Positions 37,846-49,492 of a stretch of 64,000 nt of DNA are shown piece by piece. The stretch comes from Candidatus Cloacimonadota bacterium. GTDB lineage: Bacteria > Cloacimonadota > Cloacimonadia > Cloacimonadales > Cloacimonadaceae. The stretch is taken from assembly GCA_035357855.1 (NCBI GenBank), contig DAOPOH010000001.1, positions 79,949 through 143,948 of the forward strand, given 5' to 3'. Both the position numbers and the translations under genes were made by a program. The notes under the pieces were generated by a model. The model saw only the letters and a program-made list of their open reading frames with translations, did not search any database and was not told where the DNA came from. Within the stretch, counting starts at the first letter, position 1, and each line of letters starts with the position of its first letter.

Positions 37846-39072
37846 ATGGACGCGGCATTTTTATTTTATACTTTGGTTAGTGAGACGCTATACTTCCTTT
37901 TTTCGCCTATTATTTTTGCAATTTGGGGACACAAAACCAACGCCGAAAGATTGGCTATAAATTACCCGCGGACACATTACCAAATCATCGTCCATGCTGC
38001 TTCCGTGGGTGAAATCAACGGTATAAAACAACTGCTCATTGACATTTTGGAAACGCATCCGAATTTACGAATTCTGCTTACGACTAATACCAAAACTGGA
38101 AGGCATAACGCTCAAAACATTCATCCGCGATTGGATGTCATGCTTTCACCTTTGGATTTGATGCATTTGAGGCTTAAACAATTCAGGTTTAGTCAGCCTC
38201 AATTGATTTTGATAGCGGAAACGGAAATTTGGCCCTCGCTTTTGTTTGCTGCAAAAAAGATACGAATTCCGGTTGTCTATATCAATGCGCGCCTCACGGA
38301 AAAGTCTCTGCGTCGTTATCTGAAAATGCGCAAGTTCTGGCAAAATTTGGGACGAAGCGTCAAAACAGTATGCGCACAAACGGACTCTGACCGCAAACGC
38401 TTTGCTATGTTATTCGGCACTGAATGCATAGCAGCAAGCAACTTAAAATTCAGTGTTCGGCAGCCAAATTATGATGAATCCGAACTGCGAAAAGAAATGG
38501 GTTACTCTTCCGATGCTCAAGTCCTTGTTTTGGGAAGTTCTCGTCCCAAAGAAGAACAGTTACTGCTGCAAAGTTACGATAGTTTGAAACCGAAATATCC
38601 AAATCTGAAACTGATTATCGTTCCCCGTCATCTCAAACGCTTGGTGGAAATTGTAACTTTATTGGCAGGAAGGGATTTTTCTCGATTCAGCCAAACGAAA
38701 CAGACAAAAGATATTCACTTGATTGATGAAATGGGACAATTGCTTGCCGCGTATGCGGTTTGCGACATTGCTATAATCGGCGGAAGTTTTTTCCCTTACG
38801 GAGGTCACAATCCTTTGGAAGCTGCATATTACCGCAAAGCAATTGTAATGGGTCCGCATTTCGATTCCTGCCGTGGTTCTGTTCACAGTTTGCAGGCGGC
38901 TAACGCAATTTTAATCAGTTCTAAAGAAAATTTGACTGTAGACCTTGACCGATTGCTTTCCGCATCTGAAGAACGAAAAAAGATGGGGGAGAGGGCAAAA
39001 CAAGTTTTGGACAAAAATGCAAACTCTCTTGACAAACATTTAGCAGTAATAAATCAATATCTGGGGGAATAA
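37846..39072 (+). CDS. waaA: 3-deoxy-D-manno-octulosonic acid (Kdo) transferase
   Basis: The HAASVGE motif, the roughly 408-aa GT30 size and the N-terminal membrane anchor all fit WaaA. An SD (AAGGAG) lies upstream. Confidence 0.8.
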   Translation: MDAAFLFYTLVSETLYFLFSPIIFAIWGHKTNAERLAINYPRTHYQIIVHAASVGEINGIKQLLIDILETHPNLRILLTTNTKTGRHNAQNIHPRLDVMLSPLDLMHLRLKQFRFSQPQLILIAETEIWPSLLFAAKKIRIPVVYINARLTEKSLRRYLKMRKFWQNLGRSVKTVCAQTDSDRKRFAMLFGTECIAASNLKFSVRQPNYDESELRKEMGYSSDAQVLVLGSSRPKEEQLLLQSYDSLKPKYPNLKLIIVPRHLKRLVEIVTLLAGRDFSRFSQTKQTKDIHLIDEMGQLLAAYAVCDIAIIGGSFFPYGGHNPLEAAYYRKAIVMGPHFDSCRGSVHSLQAANAILISSKENLTVDLDRLLSASEERKKMGERAKQVLDKNANSLDKHLAVINQYLGE

Positions 39073-40055
39073 TGAAAGAGGCACTTTACTGGGAAAAATT
39101 AGATAACAATAAAGTTAAATGTAATTTATGTCCGAATTATTGCGTGCTTTCAGATGGACAAGTAAGCACTTGCAACAGCAGAAAAAATGTCTCCGGTGTC
39201 TTAATAGCGTTCAATTATGCACGCACTGTTTCATTAAATATGGATCCGATAGAAAAGAAACCGCTTTATCATTACTATCCGGGTACCCGGATTTTTTCTT
39301 TGGGACCGAATTCCTGCAATTTGCACTGCCAATTCTGCCAAAATTATGAAATCAGCCAAGAAGAGTGTCCAACAAAAGTAATAAGTCCGGAAGACCTTCT
39401 GGATTTAACTCTGCGCCAGAATTTGGATCAGGTTGCTTTCACCTACACCGAACCTTTTACTTGGTATGAATATATTTACGATTGCGCAATACTGCTATCG
39501 GAGCACAAGAAAAAAACTGTCCTCGTTACAAACGGATACATCAATCCTGAACCGCTCAAAGTTCTTCTTCCTTACATAGACGCCATGAATATAGACCTGA
39601 AGAGTATCAGACCTGATTTCTACCGTAAAATATGCAAAGGGAAACTTGAACCGGTTTTAGAAACTATACGATTAAGCGCTGAAGCGTGCCATGTGGAATT
39701 GACCAATTTGTTAATTCCCGATTTGAACGATACAGAAGACGAAATTGAGGAACTGGTAAATTTCGTTGCTGATGTAAATCCGTCTATTCCCTTACATTTT
39801 TCCCGCTATTATCCCCAATGGAAATGCTCGCAACCGCCTACTCCAGAAAAAACTTTGCTCAAAGCCTACGAAATAGCCTCAAGCAAGCTAAAATATGTGT
39901 ATTTGGGAAATATTCAACCCGGCAAATATTCCGACACTTATTGCCCTTCTTGCAGCAAACTTCTTATCTCAAGAGGCATTTTCAGCGCCAGTAAAGAAGG
40001 TATGAAAGGAAACAAATGTTCCGGTTGCGGTTATACGATTTACGGCAGGTTTTAA
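39072..40055 (+). CDS. AmmeMemoRadiSam-system-type radical SAM enzyme (PflA-like activase fold)
   Basis: N-terminal Cys-rich CNLCPNYC....C segment, radical-SAM CNLHCQFCQN motif and C-terminal CPSC...CSGCG. The roughly 327-aa size is typical. Confidence 0.7.
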   Translation: MKEALYWEKLDNNKVKCNLCPNYCVLSDGQVSTCNSRKNVSGVLIAFNYARTVSLNMDPIEKKPLYHYYPGTRIFSLGPNSCNLHCQFCQNYEISQEECPTKVISPEDLLDLTLRQNLDQVAFTYTEPFTWYEYIYDCAILLSEHKKKTVLVTNGYINPEPLKVLLPYIDAMNIDLKSIRPDFYRKICKGKLEPVLETIRLSAEACHVELTNLLIPDLNDTEDEIEELVNFVADVNPSIPLHFSRYYPQWKCSQPPTPEKTLLKAYEIASSKLKYVYLGNIQPGKYSDTYCPSCSKLLISRGIFSASKEGMKGNKCSGCGYTIYGRF

Positions 40056-40421
40056 ATGCTTAAATCCGGTCTGAAATTGTTAAATGCAGCAGATATAGTT
40101 TTAATTATTATAATAATCTTGACGGCAGCAGGCAGTTATGTGATTATACACAAATCAGGGAAAAATCAGAATGCCTACATTTATTATCGTTCAAATTTGA
40201 TAGGCGTTTTTCCGTTAAATAAAAATAGGAAGATAAAAATCAAGGAAGGTTGCATTGCTGAAATCAAAAACGGCAAAATCAGAATGATTCAGGCAAATTG
40301 CCCGGATAAAATTTGCGTGCGCCAAGGCTGGAGTGATATGATGCCGATCATCTGCCTTCCCAATCAAATAGTAATTGAAATTAAAAGTGACAACAGACAA
40401 GAAATCCATATCTTGCATTAA
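40056..40421 (+). CDS. NusG domain II-containing small membrane-anchored protein
   Basis: An N-terminal TM helix is followed by CPDKICVRQGW....IICLPNQIVIEI, which is characteristic of the NusG_II family. Confidence 0.6.
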   Translation: MLKSGLKLLNAADIVLIIIIILTAAGSYVIIHKSGKNQNAYIYYRSNLIGVFPLNKNRKIKIKEGCIAEIKNGKIRMIQANCPDKICVRQGWSDMMPIICLPNQIVIEIKSDNRQEIHILH

Positions 40422-40478
40422 GTTCACCGGTTGATAACAGAGATGATAATTCTTTCATAGTAAAGCAAAAAAAGAAGT

Positions 40479-41765
40479 ATGAAATTTTACCTTGAAACTT
40501 ACGGTTGCCAAATGAATGAGGCAGATAGCGAATTAGTCATGGCCTTACTAAAAAACGCGGGTCATGAACCAGTCGTTGATATTGACCAAGCTGATGTAAT
40601 TATTTTCAATACTTGCTCTGTTCGTCAGCATGCAGAAAACAGAGTTCTGGGAAGAATCAGTTGTGAATTAAAGCGCAAATTGGACAAACCTGAATTGAAA
40701 ATTGGAATTATCGGTTGTATGGCTCAAAGAATAGGGGAGGAGCTGGTCAGAGAAAACATAGGCTTGGATTTTGCCGTAGGCGTTGACCAATACGAAAATC
40801 TTCCGCAATTGATAGCTAAGAGAGAAAACATTGCCTTAACATCATGTAAGGAAGCAGAACTTTATGAAAATTTAAATCCGGACTTTACCGGCAATTTTTG
40901 TGATTATGTAACTATCATGAAGGGCTGCAACAATTTCTGTTCATATTGTATAGTTCCTTATGTCAGAGGCAGAGAACGCAGCAGAGCCGTTAAAGATATA
41001 GAAAATGATATTAAACTTGCCTCTTTAAAAGGTATCAAAGATATCACTCTTTTGGGACAAAACGTAAATTCCTATCATTGGCAAGATTATAACTTTCCTA
41101 AATTACTAAAGCATTTGAATAAATGTGAAGGCTTTTCCCGTTTGCGCTTTCTAACTTCTCATCCCAAAGATTTATCAGATGAGCTAATAGAAGTTATGGC
41201 AGAAGGCGGAAAAATATGCGAGCATATCCATTTACCGTTACAAAGCGGCGATAATGATGTTCTTGCACAAATGAACAGGCATTACACAATAGAAGATTAT
41301 TTAATCTTAATTGATAAATTAAGAAAGAATATTCCGAACTTGGCAATTACTACAGATTTAATTGTCGGTTTTCCGGGCGAAACTGATAAGCAGTTTGAAA
41401 ATACTATTATGGCTGTTCAAACAATCGGTTTTGATTACGCTTTCTGTTTTAAATATTCGAACAGGTCAGGAACTAAAGCTTCTGAAATGACAAATCAAAT
41501 AGATGAACAAACGCGTCTTTTAAGGTTGCAACAATTAATAGAAGTTCAAAGAGAACAAACTAAAAAGAAGTTTCAAGCGCAAATCGGCAAAACCGTTGAA
41601 ATATTAGTGGAAGGCAAAAGTAAAAAAGGCGGTAATCAAGTTTCCGGTAAAACAAGAGATTTCAAAATTTGTGCTTTTGAAGGCGGAGAAAATATTATAG
41701 GTCAAATTGTTCGAGTTAGAGTAACAGGTGCGACAGCGGGGACACTGATAGGAGTCATGATATGA
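40479..41765 (+). CDS. miaB: tRNA-2-methylthio-N6-dimethylallyladenosine synthase
   Basis: MTTase N-domain cysteines (YGCQMNE, NTCSVR, GCMAQ), radical-SAM CNNFCSYCIVP and a C-terminal TRAM domain. Confidence 0.9.
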   Translation: MKFYLETYGCQMNEADSELVMALLKNAGHEPVVDIDQADVIIFNTCSVRQHAENRVLGRISCELKRKLDKPELKIGIIGCMAQRIGEELVRENIGLDFAVGVDQYENLPQLIAKRENIALTSCKEAELYENLNPDFTGNFCDYVTIMKGCNNFCSYCIVPYVRGRERSRAVKDIENDIKLASLKGIKDITLLGQNVNSYHWQDYNFPKLLKHLNKCEGFSRLRFLTSHPKDLSDELIEVMAEGGKICEHIHLPLQSGDNDVLAQMNRHYTIEDYLILIDKLRKNIPNLAITTDLIVGFPGETDKQFENTIMAVQTIGFDYAFCFKYSNRSGTKASEMTNQIDEQTRLLRLQQLIEVQREQTKKKFQAQIGKTVEILVEGKSKKGGNQVSGKTRDFKICAFEGGENIIGQIVRVRVTGATAGTLIGVMI

Positions 41766-41886
41766 AATTTTACAATATATACATTAAGATATGTTATGTA
41801 AACTTCCTCATACGTCACTATCTTTCTGACATGCTATGATTTACTCTCCCTCATTCTTTTTAATAATTTTAGTTTAGGAGACTATT

Positions 41887-42765
41887 ATGATCAGTATGAC
41901 CGGCTACGGTAAAGCTTCAATTTCTAAAAATGAATATGAAATTGAAATTGAAATAAAATCAGTAAACGGCAAATTCCTGGATTTGAAATTGCATCTGCCC
42001 AAAGAAATGAGCGTTTTAGAATTACCTATACGTTCTTTAATCAGCCAATACTATAAAAGAGGAACTATTGAATTAAAGCTTCGCTATACTGATAATTCAG
42101 AACCTGATATAAAATTTAACGAACAAAAGCTGATTGCTTTAAGTAAAACCTTACATAAGGTAGCTAATATATTGAGTGTAAAAATGATACCTATAGAATA
42201 TATTTTAAACCAATATGAGATTATAGATTTGGAAAGTTCCTTATTCGAACGGGAAGAATTTAAACAAGATGTTTTAGAGACAATAAAACAAGCAATAGAA
42301 AATGAGCAGAATATGGCTCGCGAAGAAGGGCAAGGCATATTAGAAGTGATAAATCACTCTTTACAAGTTATTTTGACTGCAGTAAAAGAAATAGAAGGAA
42401 CCATACCTTCTTTTCGCCTAGAATTATTTGAAAAGATGAAAGAAAGGGTTTACGAAGTTTTGCCCGAAGCCTCAAAGCAGAATTTGGAACAGCGCTTGAT
42501 GCAGGAATTGGCACTCTATCTTGACAAATATGATATAGGCGAAGAATTGAATCGCTTAAAAGAACATATTGATACGGTGCATCGTCAAGTAATTGCCAAG
42601 GAAGAAAATGATTTAGGAAAGACGCTAAATTTCATTTTTCAGGAAATGCAGAGAGAAGCCAATACGCTTGGTTCTAAGTATTCTAATTATCATTCCTTCG
42701 GTAATATACTTTTGATAAAGGAAGAGATAGAAAAGTGCAGGGAGATTGTGCAAAATGTCATGTGA
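41887..42765 (+). CDS. yicC: YicC-family endoribonuclease
   Basis: The N-terminus is MTGYG and the C-terminus carries NFIFQEMQREANTLGSK plus a terminal helix. At 292 aa the size fits. Confidence 0.85.
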   Translation: MISMTGYGKASISKNEYEIEIEIKSVNGKFLDLKLHLPKEMSVLELPIRSLISQYYKRGTIELKLRYTDNSEPDIKFNEQKLIALSKTLHKVANILSVKMIPIEYILNQYEIIDLESSLFEREEFKQDVLETIKQAIENEQNMAREEGQGILEVINHSLQVILTAVKEIEGTIPSFRLELFEKMKERVYEVLPEASKQNLEQRLMQELALYLDKYDIGEELNRLKEHIDTVHRQVIAKEENDLGKTLNFIFQEMQREANTLGSKYSNYHSFGNILLIKEEIEKCREIVQNVM

Positions 42766-43192
42766 ACCCTTATTGGAATGGGATTCTTTCCCTTTTGCTG
42801 AGCGTCCGCTGACTTCCTTTATTCTGGTCATATTTTTAATACTGCTCTCTTATTTATTGTGGAAAGTGGCAATTGAGGCTTGGGGTTCTCCGATTTTCTA
42901 TTACGGCGGCATGCTTTTAGTAATAGGCAGCCTTCTTCCCTATTTCATCAGCACCCACTACGCACTTTATGATGACCGCATAGTTATTCGCTACTGGTTT
43001 ATTAAGATAGAACGTAATTATTCCGATTTTGGTTGTTTTTATCAGGATAAACGCGGTGTGATGCTCAGTACTTTTAAAACTCCTCGAAGATTGGACCCCT
43101 TCAGAGGTCAGTCTTTACGCTTCTCCGGCAAGCAAACGGAAAAAGAAAGATTAATCTCCATTTTGAAAGAAAAGATAGGAAAACAATATTAA
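42746..43192 (+). CDS. hypothetical membrane protein
   Basis: Two predicted TM helices are followed by a basic soluble tail. It is wedged between yicC and rnr with overlapping boundaries. I recognised no family. Confidence 0.4.
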   Translation: MCKMSCEPLLEWDSFPFAERPLTSFILVIFLILLSYLLWKVAIEAWGSPIFYYGGMLLVIGSLLPYFISTHYALYDDRIVIRYWFIKIERNYSDFGCFYQDKRGVMLSTFKTPRRLDPFRGQSLRFSGKQTEKERLISILKEKIGKQY

Positions 43193-45447
43193 TGAGAAGG
43201 AATAAATTAAATCTTACTACATTGGAAGCAGATATACGTAATCTTTTTATTCAAAATTCTTCGCAAAGCTTTAGCATTAAAGATATTATAGATGCTTTAC
43301 ATCTTACAGTGAAGAGTTATAAAGAAGTCGGGGATGTGGTCTTTGCTTTGCTTGAGAATGGATTTATTAGGAAAGAGAATAAAAAATACATTCTCAATGC
43401 GCAAAAAATATCCTCCCTAAAAGTAAATCAACCCTCTCCCCAACTTCTTCAGGGGACTTTTGACGCCACACCTATGGCTCGGAATTGTTCATATGCTTTT
43501 GTCAGAACTGAACAAGGCGATTTTTATGTTTCCGCGGAAGATACTTTAAACGCATTTCACGGAGATACAGTAGCAATTGAACCTCATTATAAAAACAACA
43601 AACCGGACTTTTGTTATATTAGAAAAGTCATCAAACGTGCAGCTGAAATTTTAGCCGGTGATTTACAGCAGAGCAACGGCAAGTATTATTTTTTATGCAG
43701 TAATCCCAAAATCTATCAGTGGTTCGAAGTTAATGACATAGGAAATGCAGAACCCGGTATGAAAGTTATGTTGCAAGTCACAAATTGGGGAAACAGATCT
43801 TTGAGTAAACCGCCTTTAGGTAAAGTTATTGAAGTTCTCGGTCCTGCGGGAAATCCGGATACCGAATTATTAGCTGTAATCCGGCAAAATAATCTGCCTT
43901 TAGAATTCCCCGAAAAGGTCATTGATGAACTTAGTTCCCTTCCTGAAACTATTTCAAACGATGAATTATTAGGGCGAAAGGATCTTCGTAATTTGACTAC
44001 CTTTACAATTGACCCGGCCTCTGCTAAAGATTATGATGATGCAATTTCCCTTGAAGACATTGAAACCGGCTGGCGACTTTACGTGCATATAGCGGATGTC
44101 TCTCATTATGTAAAAACTGATTCTATGTTGTTTGAAGAATGCGTTACTCGCGGAAACAGTTATTACTTTCCGCGTAAAGTCATTCCTATGCTTCCGGAAA
44201 AACTTTCTAATCGCCTTTGCAGCCTCAGGCAAAATGAAGATAAATTGACACTTTCAGTAATAACAGATTTTGACCGAAAATGTAATATCCTCAAGCAAAC
44301 ACTTTGGGAAAGCGTTATCAATTCAGACGCCCGCCTAACTTATGAGCAAGTTGACGCTTTATATGAAGACAAAGAAAGCAATTTAGCAGAGGAAATAAAA
44401 AAAGCCTTAAATTCCGGCAGGGAACTTTCACGCATACTTTCTGCCAAAAGGGATAAAGATGGCTGCCTTTTTTTTGATTTGCCGGAAACTGAATATATAT
44501 ATGATGAAGAAGGTTTCGTTAGTCGCATGGAGCAAAGTGCAGAGACTGAATCCCATAAGTTGATTGAAAATTTCATGCTTGTTGCCAATCAATTTATCGC
44601 TGAACAATTGACACTTCTGGCACCTTTTACTATCTACAGGGTGCATGAATTTCCTGATATGGAAAAATTGAAGAGGTTGTCTGTCTTACTTGCCAATTAC
44701 GGTTTAACGCTAAATTTTAAGGTAGACCTGAATCACAGTCTTCAAAGACTGATGCAATCCTTTCCTGATGCAATCTATCACAAAGTTTTCGATAAACAAG
44801 TGCTGCGCAGTCTTAAAAAAGCAAAATATTCACCTCAGCATCTTCCCCACTTCGGCTTGGCTATGGAAACTTATACCCATTTTACTTCACCTATCAGAAG
44901 GTTGTGCGATTTGGTTATTCACCATCTCTGCAAGCAATATATTCTTCACTCCGAACAGCCTTGTTTTAACAGAAAACAGATTACTCAATATGCAAATCAG
45001 GCTTCAGACAAAGAACTCGTAGCAGATGAATCTGAACGTTCAATTGAGCGGGTAATGAATGTTATCTATATGAAAAATCGCGTAGGTGAAATTTACGACG
45101 GGATAATCACAGGTATGAATTCCACCTCTTTATTTGTCCAACCAACCACTCTCCCTATTACCGGTGTTTTAAGTGCAGATTTATTACCTAAAGGCAAGTG
45201 GATCTACAATGAACAGGCACAGCGTTACCAAAACGAAAGAACAGCTGATTATTACCAATTGATGGATACGGTACGCGTTCAGGTTATGCAAGTCACGGAT
45301 GATATATATTTTGAGCTTTTAAACGAAGCAGGTTCTCATCTTCATCATGTTTCCGGCTTGACACGGAAAGTTACAATGCAAAAAAGGAATTTCAGGCACC
45401 AATATAAACCCGGCAGGAAAAAACGGAATGGGAGGAGACACAGATGA
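43192..45447 (+). CDS. rnr: ribonuclease R
   Basis: RNB-domain motifs FTIDPASAKDYDDAISLE and HFGLA..YTHFTSPIRR, a C-terminal S1-like domain and a basic tail. Confidence 0.9.
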   Translation: MRRNKLNLTTLEADIRNLFIQNSSQSFSIKDIIDALHLTVKSYKEVGDVVFALLENGFIRKENKKYILNAQKISSLKVNQPSPQLLQGTFDATPMARNCSYAFVRTEQGDFYVSAEDTLNAFHGDTVAIEPHYKNNKPDFCYIRKVIKRAAEILAGDLQQSNGKYYFLCSNPKIYQWFEVNDIGNAEPGMKVMLQVTNWGNRSLSKPPLGKVIEVLGPAGNPDTELLAVIRQNNLPLEFPEKVIDELSSLPETISNDELLGRKDLRNLTTFTIDPASAKDYDDAISLEDIETGWRLYVHIADVSHYVKTDSMLFEECVTRGNSYYFPRKVIPMLPEKLSNRLCSLRQNEDKLTLSVITDFDRKCNILKQTLWESVINSDARLTYEQVDALYEDKESNLAEEIKKALNSGRELSRILSAKRDKDGCLFFDLPETEYIYDEEGFVSRMEQSAETESHKLIENFMLVANQFIAEQLTLLAPFTIYRVHEFPDMEKLKRLSVLLANYGLTLNFKVDLNHSLQRLMQSFPDAIYHKVFDKQVLRSLKKAKYSPQHLPHFGLAMETYTHFTSPIRRLCDLVIHHLCKQYILHSEQPCFNRKQITQYANQASDKELVADESERSIERVMNVIYMKNRVGEIYDGIITGMNSTSLFVQPTTLPITGVLSADLLPKGKWIYNEQAQRYQNERTADYYQLMDTVRVQVMQVTDDIYFELLNEAGSHLHHVSGLTRKVTMQKRNFRHQYKPGRKKRNGRRHR

Positions 45448-46259
45448 AAAAGCCAATCGGTATTTTTGATTCAGGAATCGGAGGTTTGACGGTTTATAAA
45501 GCTGTCCGTTCTGCTTTTCCGGAAGAAGATTTAATTTATTTCGGAGATACTGCTCGTGTTCCTTATGGTCCCAAAAGTCCGAATACAATAATTGAATATT
45601 CTCTACAAAATGCTCGCTTCCTTTTACAGCACCAGATTAAAATTTTGATTGTAGCCTGCAACACTTCTTCCGCCGTAGCTTTATCCGAATTACACAAAAT
45701 TACACACATTCCCATTTTGGATGTTATACAACCCGGTGCGGAACAAGCAATATTAAAAACAAAAAACGGACGCGTCGGTGTTATCGGAACTGAAGGCACA
45801 ATCAAAAGTCAAGCTTATACAAAAGCCATAAAATACTTAAATCCGGAAATAGAAGTTTTTTCGCAAGCCTGTCCCCTCTTCGTTCCTTTAGCTGAAGAAG
45901 GCTGGAATGCTAAACAAGCAGCTTATGAAATAGCTCAGGAATATCTTCAAAGTTTATTGACAAAAGACATTGACACTCTTGTTTTAGGCTGCACTCATTA
46001 CCCTTTACTCAAATCGGTTATTCGTCAAGTCACGGGCGATTACATTACTTTAGTTGACAGTGCGGATGCAATAGCTTCTTTTTTGCGAAGAATGCTTCCG
46101 GAAGAAATTGATGGCACAAAAGGGAAAGATGAATTTTATGTAAGTGACAATGAGCAAAAATTTGCTGAACTTGCGGCTCGGATACTTGGCAGCGATACCT
46201 TTAATTTGCAAAGAGTGCGTTTAATAGAAAGCTGGTTTGTAGACGAAATCATAATATAA
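45444..46259 (+). CDS. murI: glutamate racemase
   Basis: FDSGIGGLTV, ACNTSS and GCTHYPLL (the two catalytic Cys motifs). Confidence 0.92.
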   Translation: MKKPIGIFDSGIGGLTVYKAVRSAFPEEDLIYFGDTARVPYGPKSPNTIIEYSLQNARFLLQHQIKILIVACNTSSAVALSELHKITHIPILDVIQPGAEQAILKTKNGRVGVIGTEGTIKSQAYTKAIKYLNPEIEVFSQACPLFVPLAEEGWNAKQAAYEIAQEYLQSLLTKDIDTLVLGCTHYPLLKSVIRQVTGDYITLVDSADAIASFLRRMLPEEIDGTKGKDEFYVSDNEQKFAELAARILGSDTFNLQRVRLIESWFVDEIII

Positions 46260-46296
46260 AGTAATACTTTTATTATCTATAGGTATATTATAATAG

Positions 46297-47175
<879 letters not shown>

Positions 47176-47180
47176 CGAAT

Positions 47181-49433
47181 TTGCAACTTTCGGAAAATGC
47201 GCTAACAGTTTTGGAAAAAAGATATTTCAAAAAGGATGATAATGGTAATTCCATAGAAGATTGGAAAGGCATGCTTACACGAGTGGCAAAAAACATTAGT
47301 GCCGGTGACAAAGAAAAATTTAAGCGATATTACAAATTAATGGATTCAGGAAGATTTTTGCCGAACTCCCCCACTTTGATGAATGCAGGCAGTGACTTAC
47401 AGCAGCTTTCCGCCTGTTTTGTTCTTCCTATTGAAGACAGTATGGAAAGCATTTTTGAAACGATAAAAGATGCAGCGCTCATTCATAAAAGCGGAGGAGG
47501 AACAGGTTTCAGTTTCAGTCGTTTGAGAGAAGCCAATGCCAGAGTGCGTTCCACGAATGGCGTATCCAGCGGTCCTATTTCTTTTCTGAGAGTTTTCAAT
47601 GCTGCCACAGATGCGGTCAAGCAAGGCGGAACCAGACGCGGTGCCAATATGGCTATTCTCAAAGTCAATCATCCTCAAATTTTTGATTTCATAACTTGCA
47701 AAGAAGATCCCTCGCAGTTGACGAATTTTAACATTTCCGTCGGCATTACTGAAGAATTTATGCAAGCAGTTTTTCAGGATGAGGAATACGAATTAATTTC
47801 TCCTCATACAGGGGAAGTAAAAAAGAAAGTTAAGGCTCGCGATGTATTTGACTTAATAGTGGAAATGGCATATAAGAACGGTGAGCCGGGTATAATTTTT
47901 TTAGACCGCATTAATCGCTTCAATCCAACCCCCGCTATAGGTGAAATTGAATCCACCAATCCCTGCGGAGAGCAACCGCTTTTGCCTTATGAAGCTTGCA
48001 ATCTCGGTTCAATCAATTTAGCAGCTTTTGTTAAAGAAGGCAAGATTGACATGGAAGCGCTTAAGCAAACTATTTATGACAGCGTAGATTTTTTGGATGA
48101 CGTGATTTCTGCATCTCGCTTTCCTTTACCACAAATAGAAACTTTGGCAAAAAACAACCGCAAAATAGGTTTGGGTGTGATGGGCTGGTCAGATTTACTC
48201 TATGAGTTAAAACTTCCCTATGCAAGTGAGGAAGCAGTTCAACTGGCGGAAGACATAATGGAATTTATAGATTTTCACGCAAAAACCAGATCAGTGCATT
48301 TAGCACAAGAATTGGGTGTTTTCCCCAATTTCAATCAGAGTATTTACAAAACCGGTAAACTTATCAGGGAAAAGAACAAACTCAATTGGGCTCCTCTCAT
48401 AAAAGACATCAAGACTAAAGGAATACGAAATGCCACAGTGACTACTATCGCACCTACCGGCACTATTTCCATGATACTTGATGCCTCCAGCGGAATTGAA
48501 CCTCAATTTTCTTTGGTTTACACCAAAAATGTCTTAGACGGGGAAAAGCTTTTATATGCCAATAAACGATTTGAACAAGCTTTACGGGAAGCTGGTCTTT
48601 ACAACAATCAAATTTTAGAGAAAGTTGCCGCCTTCGGAAGTATTCAACAGTTGGATGAAATTCCCGCTGAGATGAAAAGGATTTTTCAAACGGCATTAGA
48701 CATTTCACCTGAGTGGCATATTAAAATGCAAGCTGCTTTTCAAAAATACACTGATAATGCCGTAAGTAAAACTATCAATTTTACTCAGAACTCAAGCAGG
48801 AATGATATTCGCATGGCTTTTGAATATGCTTATCAACTTGGTTGCAAAGGGTTAACCGTCTACCGTGACGGAAGCAGAGAAAATCAAGTTCTTCAAAACG
48901 CAGCTCAATCCTTTGGCAAAAACTTTTCTGCTGGGAAAGTAACTCCTCGCGACAGGCCCGAAATCACGCAAGGCTTCACTCAAAAGCTTGAAACCGGCTG
49001 CGGACATATGTATGTGACAATTAATTCGGATGAATACGGTGCTTGCGAAGTGTTTATACAAATGGGGAAAGTGGGCGGCTGCGCTTCTGCACAGTTGGAA
49101 GCGATAGCTCGTCTTGCGTCTTTGGCTTTGCGCTCCAATCTTAAACCGGAATCTCTAATCCGCCAACTAAAAGGCATTCGTTGTCAGTCTCCGATGTGGA
49201 ATAAAGGGAAAATGATTACTTCTTGTGCGGATGCAGTAGCTCTGGCTTTGGAACAATTTCTCTCATTAAATGTGAATTCTGAAACGAAACTTACAGATAT
49301 TAAAATTCAAGCTGTTGAAAAAGAAGAAACTGGCTCTCAAAGAACGATTGTAAACTGTCCGGAATGCGGCAGTTCAATTGAACATGTAGAGGGTTGTTTG
49401 AAATGCCCTGTTTGCGGTTGGTCCAAATGTTAG
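47181..49433 (+). CDS. nrdJ: adenosylcobalamin-dependent ribonucleotide reductase (class II)
   Basis: The active-site loop is TNPCGEQPLLPYEACNLGSINL, and a C-terminal zinc ribbon reads CPECG...CPVCG. The TTG start is supported by an AAGGAG SD 7 nt upstream. Confidence 0.88.
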   Translation: MQLSENALTVLEKRYFKKDDNGNSIEDWKGMLTRVAKNISAGDKEKFKRYYKLMDSGRFLPNSPTLMNAGSDLQQLSACFVLPIEDSMESIFETIKDAALIHKSGGGTGFSFSRLREANARVRSTNGVSSGPISFLRVFNAATDAVKQGGTRRGANMAILKVNHPQIFDFITCKEDPSQLTNFNISVGITEEFMQAVFQDEEYELISPHTGEVKKKVKARDVFDLIVEMAYKNGEPGIIFLDRINRFNPTPAIGEIESTNPCGEQPLLPYEACNLGSINLAAFVKEGKIDMEALKQTIYDSVDFLDDVISASRFPLPQIETLAKNNRKIGLGVMGWSDLLYELKLPYASEEAVQLAEDIMEFIDFHAKTRSVHLAQELGVFPNFNQSIYKTGKLIREKNKLNWAPLIKDIKTKGIRNATVTTIAPTGTISMILDASSGIEPQFSLVYTKNVLDGEKLLYANKRFEQALREAGLYNNQILEKVAAFGSIQQLDEIPAEMKRIFQTALDISPEWHIKMQAAFQKYTDNAVSKTINFTQNSSRNDIRMAFEYAYQLGCKGLTVYRDGSRENQVLQNAAQSFGKNFSAGKVTPRDRPEITQGFTQKLETGCGHMYVTINSDEYGACEVFIQMGKVGGCASAQLEAIARLASLALRSNLKPESLIRQLKGIRCQSPMWNKGKMITSCADAVALALEQFLSLNVNSETKLTDIKIQAVEKEETGSQRTIVNCPECGSSIEHVEGCLKCPVCGWSKC

Positions 49434-49492
49434 CATTTGACAAAAACAGGCATTTGTTTTTTTTGATAAGAAAATTATGAGAGGGAGTATAG

